IMG/VR virus record: IMGVR_UViG_3300037418_000929
Source: an uncultured virus (IMG/VR IMGVR_UViG_3300037418_000929)
Taxonomy: Duplodnaviria > Heunggongvirae > Uroviricota > Caudoviricetes
Length of the DNA: 30,805 nucleotides
Strand: one strand, 5' to 3'
In this document: positions 17,843-26,897 of the stretch, piece after piece
How positions within the stretch are numbered: position 1 is the stretch's first letter
How the letters are laid out: the number at the start of each line of letters is the position of its first letter
The notes under the pieces: model-generated
What the model saw: the letters and a program-made list of their open reading frames with translations, nothing else
Databases searched by the model: none
What the model was told of the DNA's origin: nothing
Made by a program: the position numbers and the translations under genes

Positions 17843-19537
17843 TCAGAAAGCTCTTTGATCATCTCTGACTGACTCTCCGGCTTCGTACTGCTCGGCCTCT
17901 TCTTGACTGAGTTCCTCCAGTCTGCCCGTGATCCCATTATAGAAGAGGTAGCAGGCTGGTCCAGTCCTACCGCAGAAGCGGTTCTTTTCCACCACGACTT
18001 TAGTGACATTTCGTCTCCATTCGTTTAGGTCGGTGTTGTTCCTGTACAGCTTGATTACGATGTTAGCGAGCTGCTCGACACCGGCTGTGCCTCGGATTTG
18101 CCCTTGGCGGTTCTGGTGAATTACACAGATCAGCGCTAGATTGAGTTCCATACAAAGCGTCTTGGCTTTGGTGGCAATCTCGTCTAGCTGTTTCCTCTCG
18201 TCACCAGACTGATCACTAACCACAATGCTGAGGTGGTCCAGAACAATGTACTTACAGCCCAAAGCGTGCATGTGACGGATTTTGTCAAGGACTGCATCCA
18301 CTGTGTTGGAGCCAAAGTGATCCCAAATAACCACACGACTGCTGTTGATAACGTTGTCGTAAGCAGTTCGGAGTTCTTCGACAGTACGCTCAGTGTCAGG
18401 AAGATGATAAGGCTTATCAGCGTAAATAGACATAAGCCCGAGAGCAGTGTCGTAGTTGGGTTCTTCAAGGTGGATGAAACCCACCCCGTAACCCTTGTCC
18501 TTAAGCTCTTGATTGCTGAGAAGAGCATACTCTACTTCCTTGAGGACGCTTGTTTTTCCGATGCCAGTTTCCGCAGTGACGACAACCATCTCGGAGAGAC
18601 GAAGGCCGTAAGTGAGTCTGTTAAGACCCGCAAACGGATAGTCGACTTGGAAATGCTTAGGTCGGTTGATGATTTCGTCCCACATGTCGGAGCCGAGTTT
18701 GATCCCGTCCGGCATGTACACTGGTGCGTCCCACCACTCTTTGTGGAACTCTTTGACTTTGCCGTTTTTGAGGTAGTCATTGGGGTCTTTCTCCTCTTGG
18801 AACTTGACGATGCGGACTTTACCCGGCTTGAAGCCTAGCTCGGCTATTTGCTTGGCCGTCTTCTGCCCTACTTCGTCTCCGTCTAGCGCGAGAACAACAC
18901 GCTCAAAGCTGTCAAGATACTCAAAGTTGTTACGTACGTCACGTACAGCAGTCCCGCCAGAAGCAACGCTGACAACAGGATACCGACTCCCACAAAGTAC
19001 CCAAGCCGCCGCCGCATCGTACTCGCCTTCGACGACAGTGATTTGCTTAGCGCAGCCTTGAGGGAAAAGATGCTGTCCAAACAGTTCAACTTCATTGGCT
19101 TCACCTTCCCAAAAGAACTTCTTGTCTTTCGTACGTACTTTGTTACCGACGTGCTTGCCGTCTTTGAAGTACGGATACCTAGCTTCGACACGTTCGTCGT
19201 TCTGTACTAGGTCGATGCCGTACTTCTGGATAGCTGCCTTCGGGAGTGCCCTGTGTTCGGCAGCCCGGAATACGTCAGTTACCGGCGTGACAGGGTTAGA
19301 ATAAGCCCGGTTAGGCCGACCCCCACCGTCAGTCCCCAGATGAACTCCAAAATCATGTTCGCTGTTTGATAGCACATTGTTTTTATCCTTGTTAGGTGGT
19401 TGTCTGTATCCGCAGAGATTGTTGAAGCACTTGCCCCACCCGGTCTTCGGGTCAATGCTGAAGGCATCTGACGAACTACAGTTAGGACAAGGCAGGTGAC
19501 TTACTGATGATTGTCGCGTAGAAATTGAGCTATCCAC
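17843..19537 (-). CDS. T7 gp4-like primase-helicase
   Basis: CPNC..SDA Zn finger, TOPRIM VEGEYDA/DGD, Walker A ETGIGKT, LDHLS, VEKNRFCG.TG. Confidence 0.96.
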   Translation of the reverse strand: MDSSISTRQSSVSHLPCPNCSSSDAFSIDPKTGWGKCFNNLCGYRQPPNKDKNNVLSNSEHDFGVHLGTDGGGRPNRAYSNPVTPVTDVFRAAEHRALPKAAIQKYGIDLVQNDERVEARYPYFKDGKHVGNKVRTKDKKFFWEGEANEVELFGQHLFPQGCAKQITVVEGEYDAAAAWVLCGSRYPVVSVASGGTAVRDVRNNFEYLDSFERVVLALDGDEVGQKTAKQIAELGFKPGKVRIVKFQEEKDPNDYLKNGKVKEFHKEWWDAPVYMPDGIKLGSDMWDEIINRPKHFQVDYPFAGLNRLTYGLRLSEMVVVTAETGIGKTSVLKEVEYALLSNQELKDKGYGVGFIHLEEPNYDTALGLMSIYADKPYHLPDTERTVEELRTAYDNVINSSRVVIWDHFGSNTVDAVLDKIRHMHALGCKYIVLDHLSIVVSDQSGDERKQLDEIATKAKTLCMELNLALICVIHQNRQGQIRGTAGVEQLANIVIKLYRNNTDLNEWRRNVTKVVVEKNRFCGRTGPACYLFYNGITGRLEELSQEEAEQYEAGESVRDDQRAF

Positions 19538-19665
19538 TTACACCTTTCTGAATTGTACACGTTCGCCCAGTACGCCCGGTCTTCTCCTCCTGTAGGGCGG
19601 TTGGAGAAATACTTAGCAGCTTCGTCTAAAAACTTAATTGCCCCGTCAACAGACATAGGCAGCAT
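19501..19665 (-). CDS. Small hypothetical protein (54 aa, not in ORF track)
   Basis: MLPMSVDGAIKFLDEAAKYFSNRPTGGEDRAYWANVYNSERCKWIAQFLRDNHQ; AAAGGA SD, TGATG coupling. Confidence 0.7.
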   Translation of the reverse strand: MLPMSVDGAIKFLDEAAKYFSNRPTGGEDRAYWANVYNSERCKWIAQFLRDNHQ

Positions 19666-19844
19666 CAAATTGATCCTTTCCCGTTGTACTGGGTGAGTTC
19701 AAGTCCTAGCTTTCTTTCAAGATCGTGGATTTCATTGAGGATGTACTGTTTGGTTGACTTACTGTGAAAGCCTTCAAACAGACGTCTCTTGGCGTATTCT
19801 AGCTCGGCCTCTAGTCGGGCCAGCTCTGAGGGGTTCTTAGGCAT
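19665..19844 (-). CDS. Small hypothetical protein (59 aa, not in ORF track)
   Basis: MPKNPSELARLEAELEYAKRR...; AAAGGA SD; first ORF after the promoter. Confidence 0.7.
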   Translation of the reverse strand: MPKNPSELARLEAELEYAKRRLFEGFHSKSTKQYILNEIHDLERKLGLELTQYNGKGSI

Positions 19845-19925
19845 TGAGTTCCTTTGTTGGAGGACTCGGCAAGCCTCGCCCTCTATATAGGAGTATAGTA
19901 GATTACCGCTCGCAACTTGTAATTA

Positions 19926-19954
19926 ATTATACCACAGTCGAACGGGTTTGTCAA
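19926..19954 (-). promoter_or_regulatory. Consensus sigma70 promoter upstream of the replication operon
   Basis: TTGACA-17 nt-TATAAT with TGTGG before -10. Confidence 0.92.
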
Positions 19955-20148
19955 GTAAAATCGTCACCGTCTGGTGAAAAAGGGAAATCCTGTGTTTCAA
20001 AGTCATCGTCTGTGAAGACGGCGTTATCCTTGTAGCTGTTGATAACGTCCTGAATGACTTCCGTGCATTCTTCGCACGGTTCCCACGCTTTTAGTTCTCT
20101 GTTATATCGGGGTTGCGACAACAGGCGGTCGCAAATGTGACACCTAAT
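19951..20148 (-). CDS. Small Zn-finger protein with acidic tail; inferred ATT start at 20148 (alternative TTG 20208)
   Basis: RCHICD...PCEEC; GAGGA SD 7 nt before ATT. Confidence 0.65.
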   Translation of the reverse strand: MRCHICDRLLSQPRYNRELKAWEPCEECTEVIQDVINSYKDNAVFTDDDFETQDFPFSPDGDDFT

Positions 20149-20208
20149 GGTGAATTCCTCTCTTCCGAACAATGGCGGGCCTTCGTACGCATCCCGCCCG
20201 AAAAACAA

Positions 20209-20361
20209 CTACTGGGCGTCGTCCCAATCAGCGGCAACGACACCGTTACGGTATTCTTGGGATATTTTCCCTTCTGCTAAAAGTTCGTTGGCCTCTTCGA
20301 CTGTAATCTTTTCATTCATCCAATCATCAAAGCCGAACTCCCAATCTGTCTTTTCTCTCAC
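20209..20361 (-). CDS. Small acidic hypothetical protein (50 aa, not in ORF track)
   Basis: MREKTDWEFGFDDWMNEKITVEEANELLAEGKISQEYRNGVVAADWDDAQ; AAAGG SD, GTGA overlap. Confidence 0.65.
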   Translation of the reverse strand: MREKTDWEFGFDDWMNEKITVEEANELLAEGKISQEYRNGVVAADWDDAQ

Positions 20362-21134
20362 ATCGGAACCTTTCCTAGATTAAACGCTTGATTCTGTAGG
20401 GCCCACGACGGCTGAGTCTTTACCGTCTTGCCTCCGTTTACGGCGTTCGATTTCACGCTTGTGCTCGTGGGGCTTGCCGGTGTGCTTGTTGATTTTTGGG
20501 TCCACGGTGACTGTGTTTCCTTTCTCTCTTCTTTTTCTTTCGTCTTGGGTTGATCGCCGCGAGTCCCCGCAAGATACACAGGAACACCGGCCTTGCGGAG
20601 TTCTTCCTCCGTCAAGAACTTCGCCTTCGGGAGTTCGTCCCAGATTTCCTTCTGGGTTTTCTGGTTGTCGGGGAGGCCCGTCCACTCGGTAGGCGGGGCG
20701 AATGGATCGAGTCCGCGATCCTTAGCATTCCTAAAAAGAGCAAAAAGATAGTTCCTTCGAACACCAGAGTAAACAGAGTTATCCACTGCTCTAACGAATT
20801 CAAAGCCTGTCTCCTTCAAGATTTTCAGCCACGCCAAGCCGAAGCCGTAGTTAAGCTGGTTCTCCGTAATAACTGCGAGAAACCCGTGGTTCGGCATGTC
20901 TGTGTCGTAGAACGTCCCGACACGCAGACGAGAGTAGAAAATGTCCTTGTTCGTAGGGCCGAAGTAAACCTGCTTGCCGTCGTGGGTGATTGGAAAAGCC
21001 CCGTCACCGTTAATCAGCTGGATGCTGGCCTTGGCTTTGGGGTCGCAGTCGAACCCCTGAATGATGTCAAAAGCACAGCACCCGATGCCCGTGCCTGAAA
21101 TCCTGCTACCGAACCTGAGAAATTCCACCGTCAC
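20358..21134 (-). CDS. CC-motif hypothetical protein, paralog 1 (possible GNAT-like fold)
   Basis: GCCAFDIIQGF...AVITENQ...AWLKILKETGFEFV...N shared with ORFs at 28013 and 28500. Confidence 0.7.
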   Translation of the reverse strand: MTVEFLRFGSRISGTGIGCCAFDIIQGFDCDPKAKASIQLINGDGAFPITHDGKQVYFGPTNKDIFYSRLRVGTFYDTDMPNHGFLAVITENQLNYGFGLAWLKILKETGFEFVRAVDNSVYSGVRRNYLFALFRNAKDRGLDPFAPPTEWTGLPDNQKTQKEIWDELPKAKFLTEEELRKAGVPVYLAGTRGDQPKTKEKEERKETQSPWTQKSTSTPASPTSTSVKSNAVNGGKTVKTQPSWALQNQAFNLGKVPM

Positions 21135-21319
21135 AAACTCCCATTCTCGTCATAGATTGGAGGACACTTGGACAGAAATATCTGCCACTTACCTAAACAA
21201 TGGTCGAAATCACTGATACTGTCGCATCTCTTAACATACTCCAGCGAACCTTCTAAAAGAGAAATCATTTCATCCTTGCTCGGATATGAGTTGTCGAAAT
21301 CCGCTGGCGTAGTCATCAA
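21131..21319 (-). CDS. Small hypothetical protein
   Basis: Fills the gap between ATP-grasp and next gene; start uncertain. Confidence 0.5.
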   Translation of the reverse strand: MMTTPADFDNSYPSKDEMISLLEGSLEYVKRCDSISDFDHCLGKWQIFLSKCPPIYDENGSL

Positions 21320-22007
21320 CTGTACTCCCTTCTAATCCCGGTGCGGTGTTGACTTCGAGGACGTAGGCCCGCTGTCTTTCTTCGTTCCAGATAATATCCA
21401 CTGCTCCAAAATCCAATCCAAGGGCACCCGTGGCCTTGATTGCCTGTTCTTCAACTCCGACAGGGGGATTAACGTCATTCCTGACGAAGATAAAACCATT
21501 TCCATGATTCCTTACTTTCCAGTTTGGATTGTCGCAGCGTGGATCACGGGCCTTTCTTTGGACCAGCACGACTCGCTTTCCGACCACGTGAACTCGATAC
21601 TCAGCTTTCTTGGGGACGTACTGGACGTAGAGAGGAGCACTCGGCAAGTCTCCGGCGTCTCGCAGTTCGATACCTTCGCCAGAATGTCCTGAAAGCTTGT
21701 GCCGGACAACCGTAAGGCCTTTCCAGTTAACCTGAGATACGTCAGCAGCAAAACTTGGCGTAGAAACCCCCGCATCCTGAAATCTACGGAAGGATGCAAG
21801 CTTGTTGGCAGCGGTCGCAACGTTTCCCGCGAGGTTGAGGCATGATAGATTGCCTGCATTGGAATCTCCCCAGTTGATGATGATATCGCCGGGACGGCGT
21901 ATATACGTGGAGCCCTCTTTCTTGAGGACTTTACCCCCGAGGACGTCGGCCAACGCCTTGGCTGACCGACTCCCTTGCTTATACGGATTGATTCTGATGC
22001 GTGTCAT
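21270..22007 (-). CDS. ATP-grasp peptide ligase (RimK/glutathione synthetase-like)
   Basis: IINWG, ANKL, GHSGEGI, EYRVHV, LGLDFGAVD, VLEVNTAPG. Confidence 0.92.
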   Translation of the reverse strand: MTRIRINPYKQGSRSAKALADVLGGKVLKKEGSTYIRRPGDIIINWGDSNAGNLSCLNLAGNVATAANKLASFRRFQDAGVSTPSFAADVSQVNWKGLTVVRHKLSGHSGEGIELRDAGDLPSAPLYVQYVPKKAEYRVHVVGKRVVLVQRKARDPRCDNPNWKVRNHGNGFIFVRNDVNPPVGVEEQAIKATGALGLDFGAVDIIWNEERQRAYVLEVNTAPGLEGSTVDDYASGFRQLISEQG

Positions 22008-22009
22008 AC

Positions 22010-23113
22010 TTATCCTTGAGCAAAAGTATTGGTGTTAATCGTGAATGCGTGAGCTGCGTTTAGATTCTGTTGCAGGTTTTGCATCGCTTGCATCTCAGCT
22101 GCGTTCCACTGATTTCCGGCAAATGTGTTCCCGTCCTCAGGCAAGTCCGGCTCAACGGCAACCCCGTAACCTCCCGCCACAACACGTCGAGTCTTCTTCG
22201 CAGTCTTCCTACCGAAAGGGTCGGAGGCAACCTTAACAGGATTGAACGTCGACCAGTCTCTTGAGTACGCAATGTCCTGAGCGAACCGCATCCCCTCGAA
22301 CAGCGAAGCCGAGACGTTGACTTCGTTCTGTACTGCTTGAAGGATAGCCGGAGCTTCGTTGCCGAACAACTCCGTGAAGAACTCCATCGGACCTTGGATG
22401 GAGAACCGTTCGATGATGGTCCGCGGGTCTGTGTACTTCTCACTTTCGTCGTACAGACGTTTGAGGATGCGAACCCACTGCTTCACCGGAGCGGCTTCGG
22501 TCAGTCCTCGCATGGTTCGGAACTCCACGGACCCGAACTTGTACAGCGCGGAGACGTTCAAGGCCGAGTAGTGCAGCCCTTCGGTGTCCATGCCGTACTC
22601 GCCTTTGTTCTCGAACCAGTTCTTGACCTCCGTAATAATAGCCGGTCCGTCCTTGGCACGAATGCAGAACAAGTTGCCTGCCCTGTGGTCCCCGCAGAAG
22701 TGCGACAAGACTTCCTCACAGATGAACCACAGAGCCAGCAGAGACGCCAGCCGGTTCTGGTAGAACGAGAGTACGTTAAGGTGGACGTGGACGCTGGTAC
22801 GCACGCTCTCGGCGAGCACGGCCTTGTTGACGGCGAACTCAGCCCAAAGGGCGTCTACGGCTGCGTCAACCTCGGTGAAGTCCAGCGGCTTACTAAGTAC
22901 AAACTCGCCGTTGTCTGCTCCACGCAGAGAACCGTCTTGGTGGTATCCCCAGTACGTAGCCACCTGAGGCAGCTTCATCTTGGCGAACGCCCCCGGCGTC
23001 TTTGACTCGCACTCAATTTCGAGGCCGACGTGTCCTTTCTTGACCCGCAAGCCAAGTTGTCCGGCAATCGTCAGGTCTTCGCCGATCTTACTCGTCTTTT
23101 TAACAAAAACCAC
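22010..23113 (-). CDS. COOH-NH2 ligase (amidoligase, glutamine synthetase-like fold)
   Basis: GLEIECE, DGSL, EFV, TSVHVH, YSALN, GSVEFR; GGAG SD before GTG 23113. Confidence 0.9.
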   Translation of the reverse strand: MVFVKKTSKIGEDLTIAGQLGLRVKKGHVGLEIECESKTPGAFAKMKLPQVATYWGYHQDGSLRGADNGEFVLSKPLDFTEVDAAVDALWAEFAVNKAVLAESVRTSVHVHLNVLSFYQNRLASLLALWFICEEVLSHFCGDHRAGNLFCIRAKDGPAIITEVKNWFENKGEYGMDTEGLHYSALNVSALYKFGSVEFRTMRGLTEAAPVKQWVRILKRLYDESEKYTDPRTIIERFSIQGPMEFFTELFGNEAPAILQAVQNEVNVSASLFEGMRFAQDIAYSRDWSTFNPVKVASDPFGRKTAKKTRRVVAGGYGVAVEPDLPEDGNTFAGNQWNAAEMQAMQNLQQNLNAAHAFTINTNTFAQG

Positions 23114-23129
23114 CTTGTCGTCTCCAAAG

Positions 23130-23897
23130 TTATTGCCTGAGTTTAATGTCGTGGAACTGGCGGGTTTCTTCAACCGCCTCTTTAAGATGAGCAAACTTCT
23201 TGCCAAGTTCAACCGTAGGACGCTTGGTCGGAGGCACAATCCCAACCACGTCAGTTTTGTACCCGAGAAAGAAAGTGTCCATCGGACCACGGACAATCGC
23301 GAAGTTCCTGTGGCAAGCCACCGAAGTGTTCTCCACGTTCGGGTCCAACATGTTCTCCATGCACTCTTCAGCACTCGGATGATTTCCTTTCACACAGTCG
23401 TAGAACTCCGGTCCGACGAGGCTGTCGAGACTGTTGTTGCCCACTCTCGACCGATCCGTAGTGACGGGATTACATTCGACCATCTGGCGGATCAAACCCT
23501 GCTGAGTCCTGCGTTCGGGTGAACGCTCCAAGAACAGGGCCCTGCCGTTTCGGTTCATCATACCGAGGGAAAACGGACGGAACTTGTTAAACGCCGGACT
23601 GTTGGCTTGTTTACGAAGAAGCTTCGTGTCTTTGTTCTCTTCCATCCACTTGTCCAGTGCAGGACCAAGCCGCTGATCCTGTCCCGGATACTGGGACACC
23701 GCCAGTGGGAACTTTCCGTTTTTGGCTGCCTCGTTCACGCTGTCTTGCACCGGCCAAAGATACAGCCGGAAGATGCCGTCTGCCCTGTGATTGGTGATTG
23801 CGATAACTCGAACAGGTTCACCGTCGTACGTGACCACGGTGTCGTAGAGGCGACGTTGCATCTCCTCTAGGTTTTCGTAGAAGTTGGGATGGAGCAT
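23130..23897 (-). CDS. Hypothetical protein within ligase cluster
   Basis: 255-aa ORF tightly packed between the two COOH-NH2 ligases; no motif recognised. Confidence 0.75.
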   Translation of the reverse strand: MLHPNFYENLEEMQRRLYDTVVTYDGEPVRVIAITNHRADGIFRLYLWPVQDSVNEAAKNGKFPLAVSQYPGQDQRLGPALDKWMEENKDTKLLRKQANSPAFNKFRPFSLGMMNRNGRALFLERSPERRTQQGLIRQMVECNPVTTDRSRVGNNSLDSLVGPEFYDCVKGNHPSAEECMENMLDPNVENTSVACHRNFAIVRGPMDTFFLGYKTDVVGIVPPTKRPTVELGKKFAHLKEAVEETRQFHDIKLRQ

Positions 23898-23900
23898 GGT

Positions 23901-24740
23901 TTAAATCACTGACACAAGAGGATAGTGAATCGACCGGAACAACATGCTGGACCTGTCTCCTGTGTTAATCAGGTCGACGATTGCCGAGTTGTACTTCTTG
24001 TACGTCCCCTTGGACAACTCGTTGGTGGACATCGCATCCACGGCCCGCTGAAGCCTGTTCCAAACGTCTTTGCGGAGTTGCTTCGACGTAATCCAGAAGT
24101 TACTCAAGACCCTGTACTCAACTCCGTAAGGCTTCGGACGAAACGCCCCGGCCTTGCCATACAGTTGACGGCGGGTTACGTCTGCGTCCTTCTGAACAGA
24201 CCACGCCCCGAGAAACCAGTCGAGTTGCTTCACGAGATCGCGGCAGTGGCCTACGTGGATTTCGTCCGTCACCGGCATCGGCTCGTCTGCGCACCATCCG
24301 ATGTGGACGTGGCCCGCTGCGGTACGCAGGAGCGGGTCTTCCGTGGTATCTGGATACGGGTTCACTTCACCCGACCAAGCGTTGAAGTCAGGGTCACACC
24401 CCAACTCCTTCGCCTTAGGCGGTTGAGCATCCATGACCGACTCGGAGAAGCGAACAGCCGGTTCGATGCGGAACCCGTACCCCTTCGGCAGCATTCCTTT
24501 CAGCTGCTTCAGAACGGTTACGATGTTGTCGTTCCACTCGTCGAAAGAACTTGCGGGGTCGATGTTGAATTCTGCCGCCATTCCGTCCACCTGAACCGCA
24601 CCTTTGTCCACTTTGTGTGGCTCTTGTTTTGTTCCGGGGATCAGATCGACGGCAGAAACTAGTTCGTTCTTCTCGTTGGTAATGAACAACTCGGGATCAC
24701 AACCGAACGTGAACCCTTCGACACAGTGTAGTGCAGTCAT
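23901..24740 (-). CDS. phiEco32-like COOH-NH2 ligase type 2
   Basis: GCDPELF, DG.AAEFN, GCDPDFNAW, RTAAGHVHIG, RRQLYGKAGAFRPKPYGVEYRVLSNFW. Confidence 0.93.
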   Translation of the reverse strand: MTALHCVEGFTFGCDPELFITNEKNELVSAVDLIPGTKQEPHKVDKGAVQVDGMAAEFNIDPASSFDEWNDNIVTVLKQLKGMLPKGYGFRIEPAVRFSESVMDAQPPKAKELGCDPDFNAWSGEVNPYPDTTEDPLLRTAAGHVHIGWCADEPMPVTDEIHVGHCRDLVKQLDWFLGAWSVQKDADVTRRQLYGKAGAFRPKPYGVEYRVLSNFWITSKQLRKDVWNRLQRAVDAMSTNELSKGTYKKYNSAIVDLINTGDRSSMLFRSIHYPLVSVI

Positions 24741-24759
24741 AGTCAGTCTTCTCCGTTAG

Positions 24760-24939
24760 TTACATAAGCCAATAAATTATTTGAGCAGGGATCGCATTCC
24801 CTAGAATTAGCGTGATGAAGTACAAAGCCCACCCCAAAGGCCCCTCTACAACTTCAACGCCTAGATACAGGGCTAGGCTGAAGACAGCCACTTCGTAGGC
24901 GGCTATAAAGCAAATCAACAACGCAATGGCGATAATCAT
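24760..24939 (-). CDS. Small two-TM membrane protein (59 aa, not in ORF track)
   Basis: MIIAIALLICFIAAYEVAVFSLALYLGVEVVEGPLGWALYFITLILGNAIPAQIIYWLM; AGGAG SD. Confidence 0.75.
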   Translation of the reverse strand: MIIAIALLICFIAAYEVAVFSLALYLGVEVVEGPLGWALYFITLILGNAIPAQIIYWLM

Positions 24940-24948
24940 TGATAGCTC

Positions 24949-26040
24949 CTAAGCAACTTGAGGTAGTTCTTCTACGTAAATTCTCGTCTTCTCTGAGTTG
25001 GAGAACGACGAGTGATCGGGGCAGAGAATGATTTCGTCTTTCTTATAAATCGTAATTCCTTTATCTCCGTACTCGATCTTCGCCTCGCAGAACGTACAAC
25101 CGTTGGCTGCCATTCCTTCGAACTCCTCACGAGTGATGTGCCCCGCGTACGGATTCACCTTGGACCCTTCAACGGTTACGAAAGGAAGAGGATCAGTCCT
25201 TCCACGGGAGATCGTCGTCGAGGAATTCGTCTTCTTCCACGGGCTTTTGGATGGGGTGTGGACTCCAAAGTTTGGCGAGGCTTGAGAGAAAGGGGCCGGC
25301 TCCTTACCCTCCAGCTTCTTGCAGACGGGTTTCTGAGCCTTGCCTGACATGAAGTCGGAGATGCTGTACTTGAAGTGGTAGTCCTCTGCGAACGCAAAGA
25401 AGCGGCAGCCTTGCTTGTCAGTTTTGATTTCCCTGTTGGCAAGGTGCCGGATACCAGAGTGAATCGTCTGCCACTCGGAGGCGTAGTACAGGAAGCGGTT
25501 GTCCTTAGTCACCGCGTTCCACAGACTGCGCTCTTTGTTGCGGAGGAAGTTAATCGTGCCTTCTTTAAGATCAACCCACGTAATCGCCCACGCACCTTCG
25601 CACAGCTTAATCGTCTCTTCAATGCCGATGGTGGCGATTGCAGCGATCAGCGCCATGCTGTCCACGGGAAACTTCTCGCCGACGGCCTTCTCTAAGTCGT
25701 TGTGGCTGGTGCCGAACAGCGTCCCGTTGTGTGCCCCGACGATGTGTCCGATGTGATACGGATGCGCGTTGAAGTCGTTGACACCACCGCGAGTTGCCTT
25801 CCGGTTGTGACCTAGAAAAGCACACGACTGATTGGCGTTAAGAGCCTCCTTGAACTTCGGCATTTCAAAAAGGTGCAGCGGGTGACTGGCCATTTTCGCA
25901 ATCCGGACGTCTCCGTTCGAGCGGATCGCAGCCATTCCCGTAGAGTCTTCGCCCCTCCAGAAATCGTCCAACAGCATTCTCTTCATCGGCTCTTCGTCAC
26001 AGTACTGAAGAGCACCAACCATTCCTACGAGTCCGCACAT
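24949..26040 (-). CDS. Class II (Ntn) glutamine amidotransferase with C-terminal Cys/His knuckle
   Basis: N-terminal MCG, RG.DSTG, GHNRKAT, NAHP, HNGT, VDS, RN.ER; CTFC...CPDH. Confidence 0.92.
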   Translation of the reverse strand: MCGLVGMVGALQYCDEEPMKRMLLDDFWRGEDSTGMAAIRSNGDVRIAKMASHPLHLFEMPKFKEALNANQSCAFLGHNRKATRGGVNDFNAHPYHIGHIVGAHNGTLFGTSHNDLEKAVGEKFPVDSMALIAAIATIGIEETIKLCEGAWAITWVDLKEGTINFLRNKERSLWNAVTKDNRFLYYASEWQTIHSGIRHLANREIKTDKQGCRFFAFAEDYHFKYSISDFMSGKAQKPVCKKLEGKEPAPFSQASPNFGVHTPSKSPWKKTNSSTTISRGRTDPLPFVTVEGSKVNPYAGHITREEFEGMAANGCTFCEAKIEYGDKGITIYKKDEIILCPDHSSFSNSEKTRIYVEELPQVA

Positions 26041-26897
26041 TATTCTTTCTCTCCCTTCTTGGCCGGACTCGGAAGGCCGAGAATGACCGAACGCTTGTGT
26101 CTGTAACGCTGTTCTTCAAGATACACGTGAGGGTTGTTGAGGATGTACTTCTCAACCATTTCGAGGCACCAGACGGTGTAGCGGATGTACCCCGCGTACT
26201 CGGGATGCCCTTGGAAGCCGAGGCAGCAAGTTTCAGGAAGGAAAAACGCCTCGACGTCCTTCGTCCTGCCCGTTTGCTTCTGAGACGGCTCAGGACCATA
26301 CCACCGCTCGTCGGAGCAGAAGATGAACCCGAGGACTTCCATCCCCTCGCCTTGGATTACGGCTTGATGGTGAGTGGATGAAATCTTGTCGAGGTATTGC
26401 CCGTTCCCCGGTGTAGGCACCATTGGATGCTCGCCGTTGTGCTTGTCGAGGTGTTGAATAAGTTTGTATCCGTTCATCGCAGCCAAGAACTGCGCCCCAC
26501 GGCAAATCCCGAGCATCGGAATCCGCTTCTTCAAGCACTCGACGTACAGCTCCATGTCCCGCTTGTCTCGGGCGGGATCGACGCTGGTGAGTGCGTGTGG
26601 CTTTTCGTGATAGATGACCGGATCGACGTCCGCCCCACCGCAGAACACAACGAGGTCGGCCTCGTCCACTGTGTTGGCTTTGTAACACCGAGCCCTGCCG
26701 AACATCGCCCCCATTTGAGCTTCGTAAGTGTCCGGCTCGGAAATGTACACGTTCATGTACAGTTCGGGGTACTTCACCAGCGAAGACTTCATCAGCTGAA
26801 CTTCGGTCTTACCTTCGGCTTCAGACACTTCTGGCTCTTTCTTCGGTTTGTTGCTATTCGCAGCCATTGCGAGAGCCTTTCGTCTACGCGTGGACAT
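26040..26897 (-). CDS. Class I glutamine amidotransferase / peptidase C26 (PuuD-like gamma-glutamyl hydrolase)
   Basis: GGADVDP, GICRGAQ, STHHQ, FQGHPE; AAGGAGG SD before ATG 26897. Confidence 0.9.
   Translation of the reverse strand: MSTRRRKALAMAANSNKPKKEPEVSEAEGKTEVQLMKSSLVKYPELYMNVYISEPDTYEAQMGAMFGRARCYKANTVDEADLVVFCGGADVDPVIYHEKPHALTSVDPARDKRDMELYVECLKKRIPMLGICRGAQFLAAMNGYKLIQHLDKHNGEHPMVPTPGNGQYLDKISSTHHQAVIQGEGMEVLGFIFCSDERWYGPEPSQKQTGRTKDVEAFFLPETCCLGFQGHPEYAGYIRYTVWCLEMVEKYILNNPHVYLEEQRYRHKRSVILGLPSPAKKGEKE

Noticed and set aside
17704..17862. Small ORF MIKELSDETLEQ... between helicase and polymerase
   Set aside because: Plausible, but it overlaps both neighbours and has no clear SD or motif; not enough support to list.
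23114..23374. 87-aa N-terminal extension of the amidoligase in the ORF track
   Set aside because: Overlaps the upstream gene, looks non-protein-like, and a GGAG-GTG start exists at 23113.
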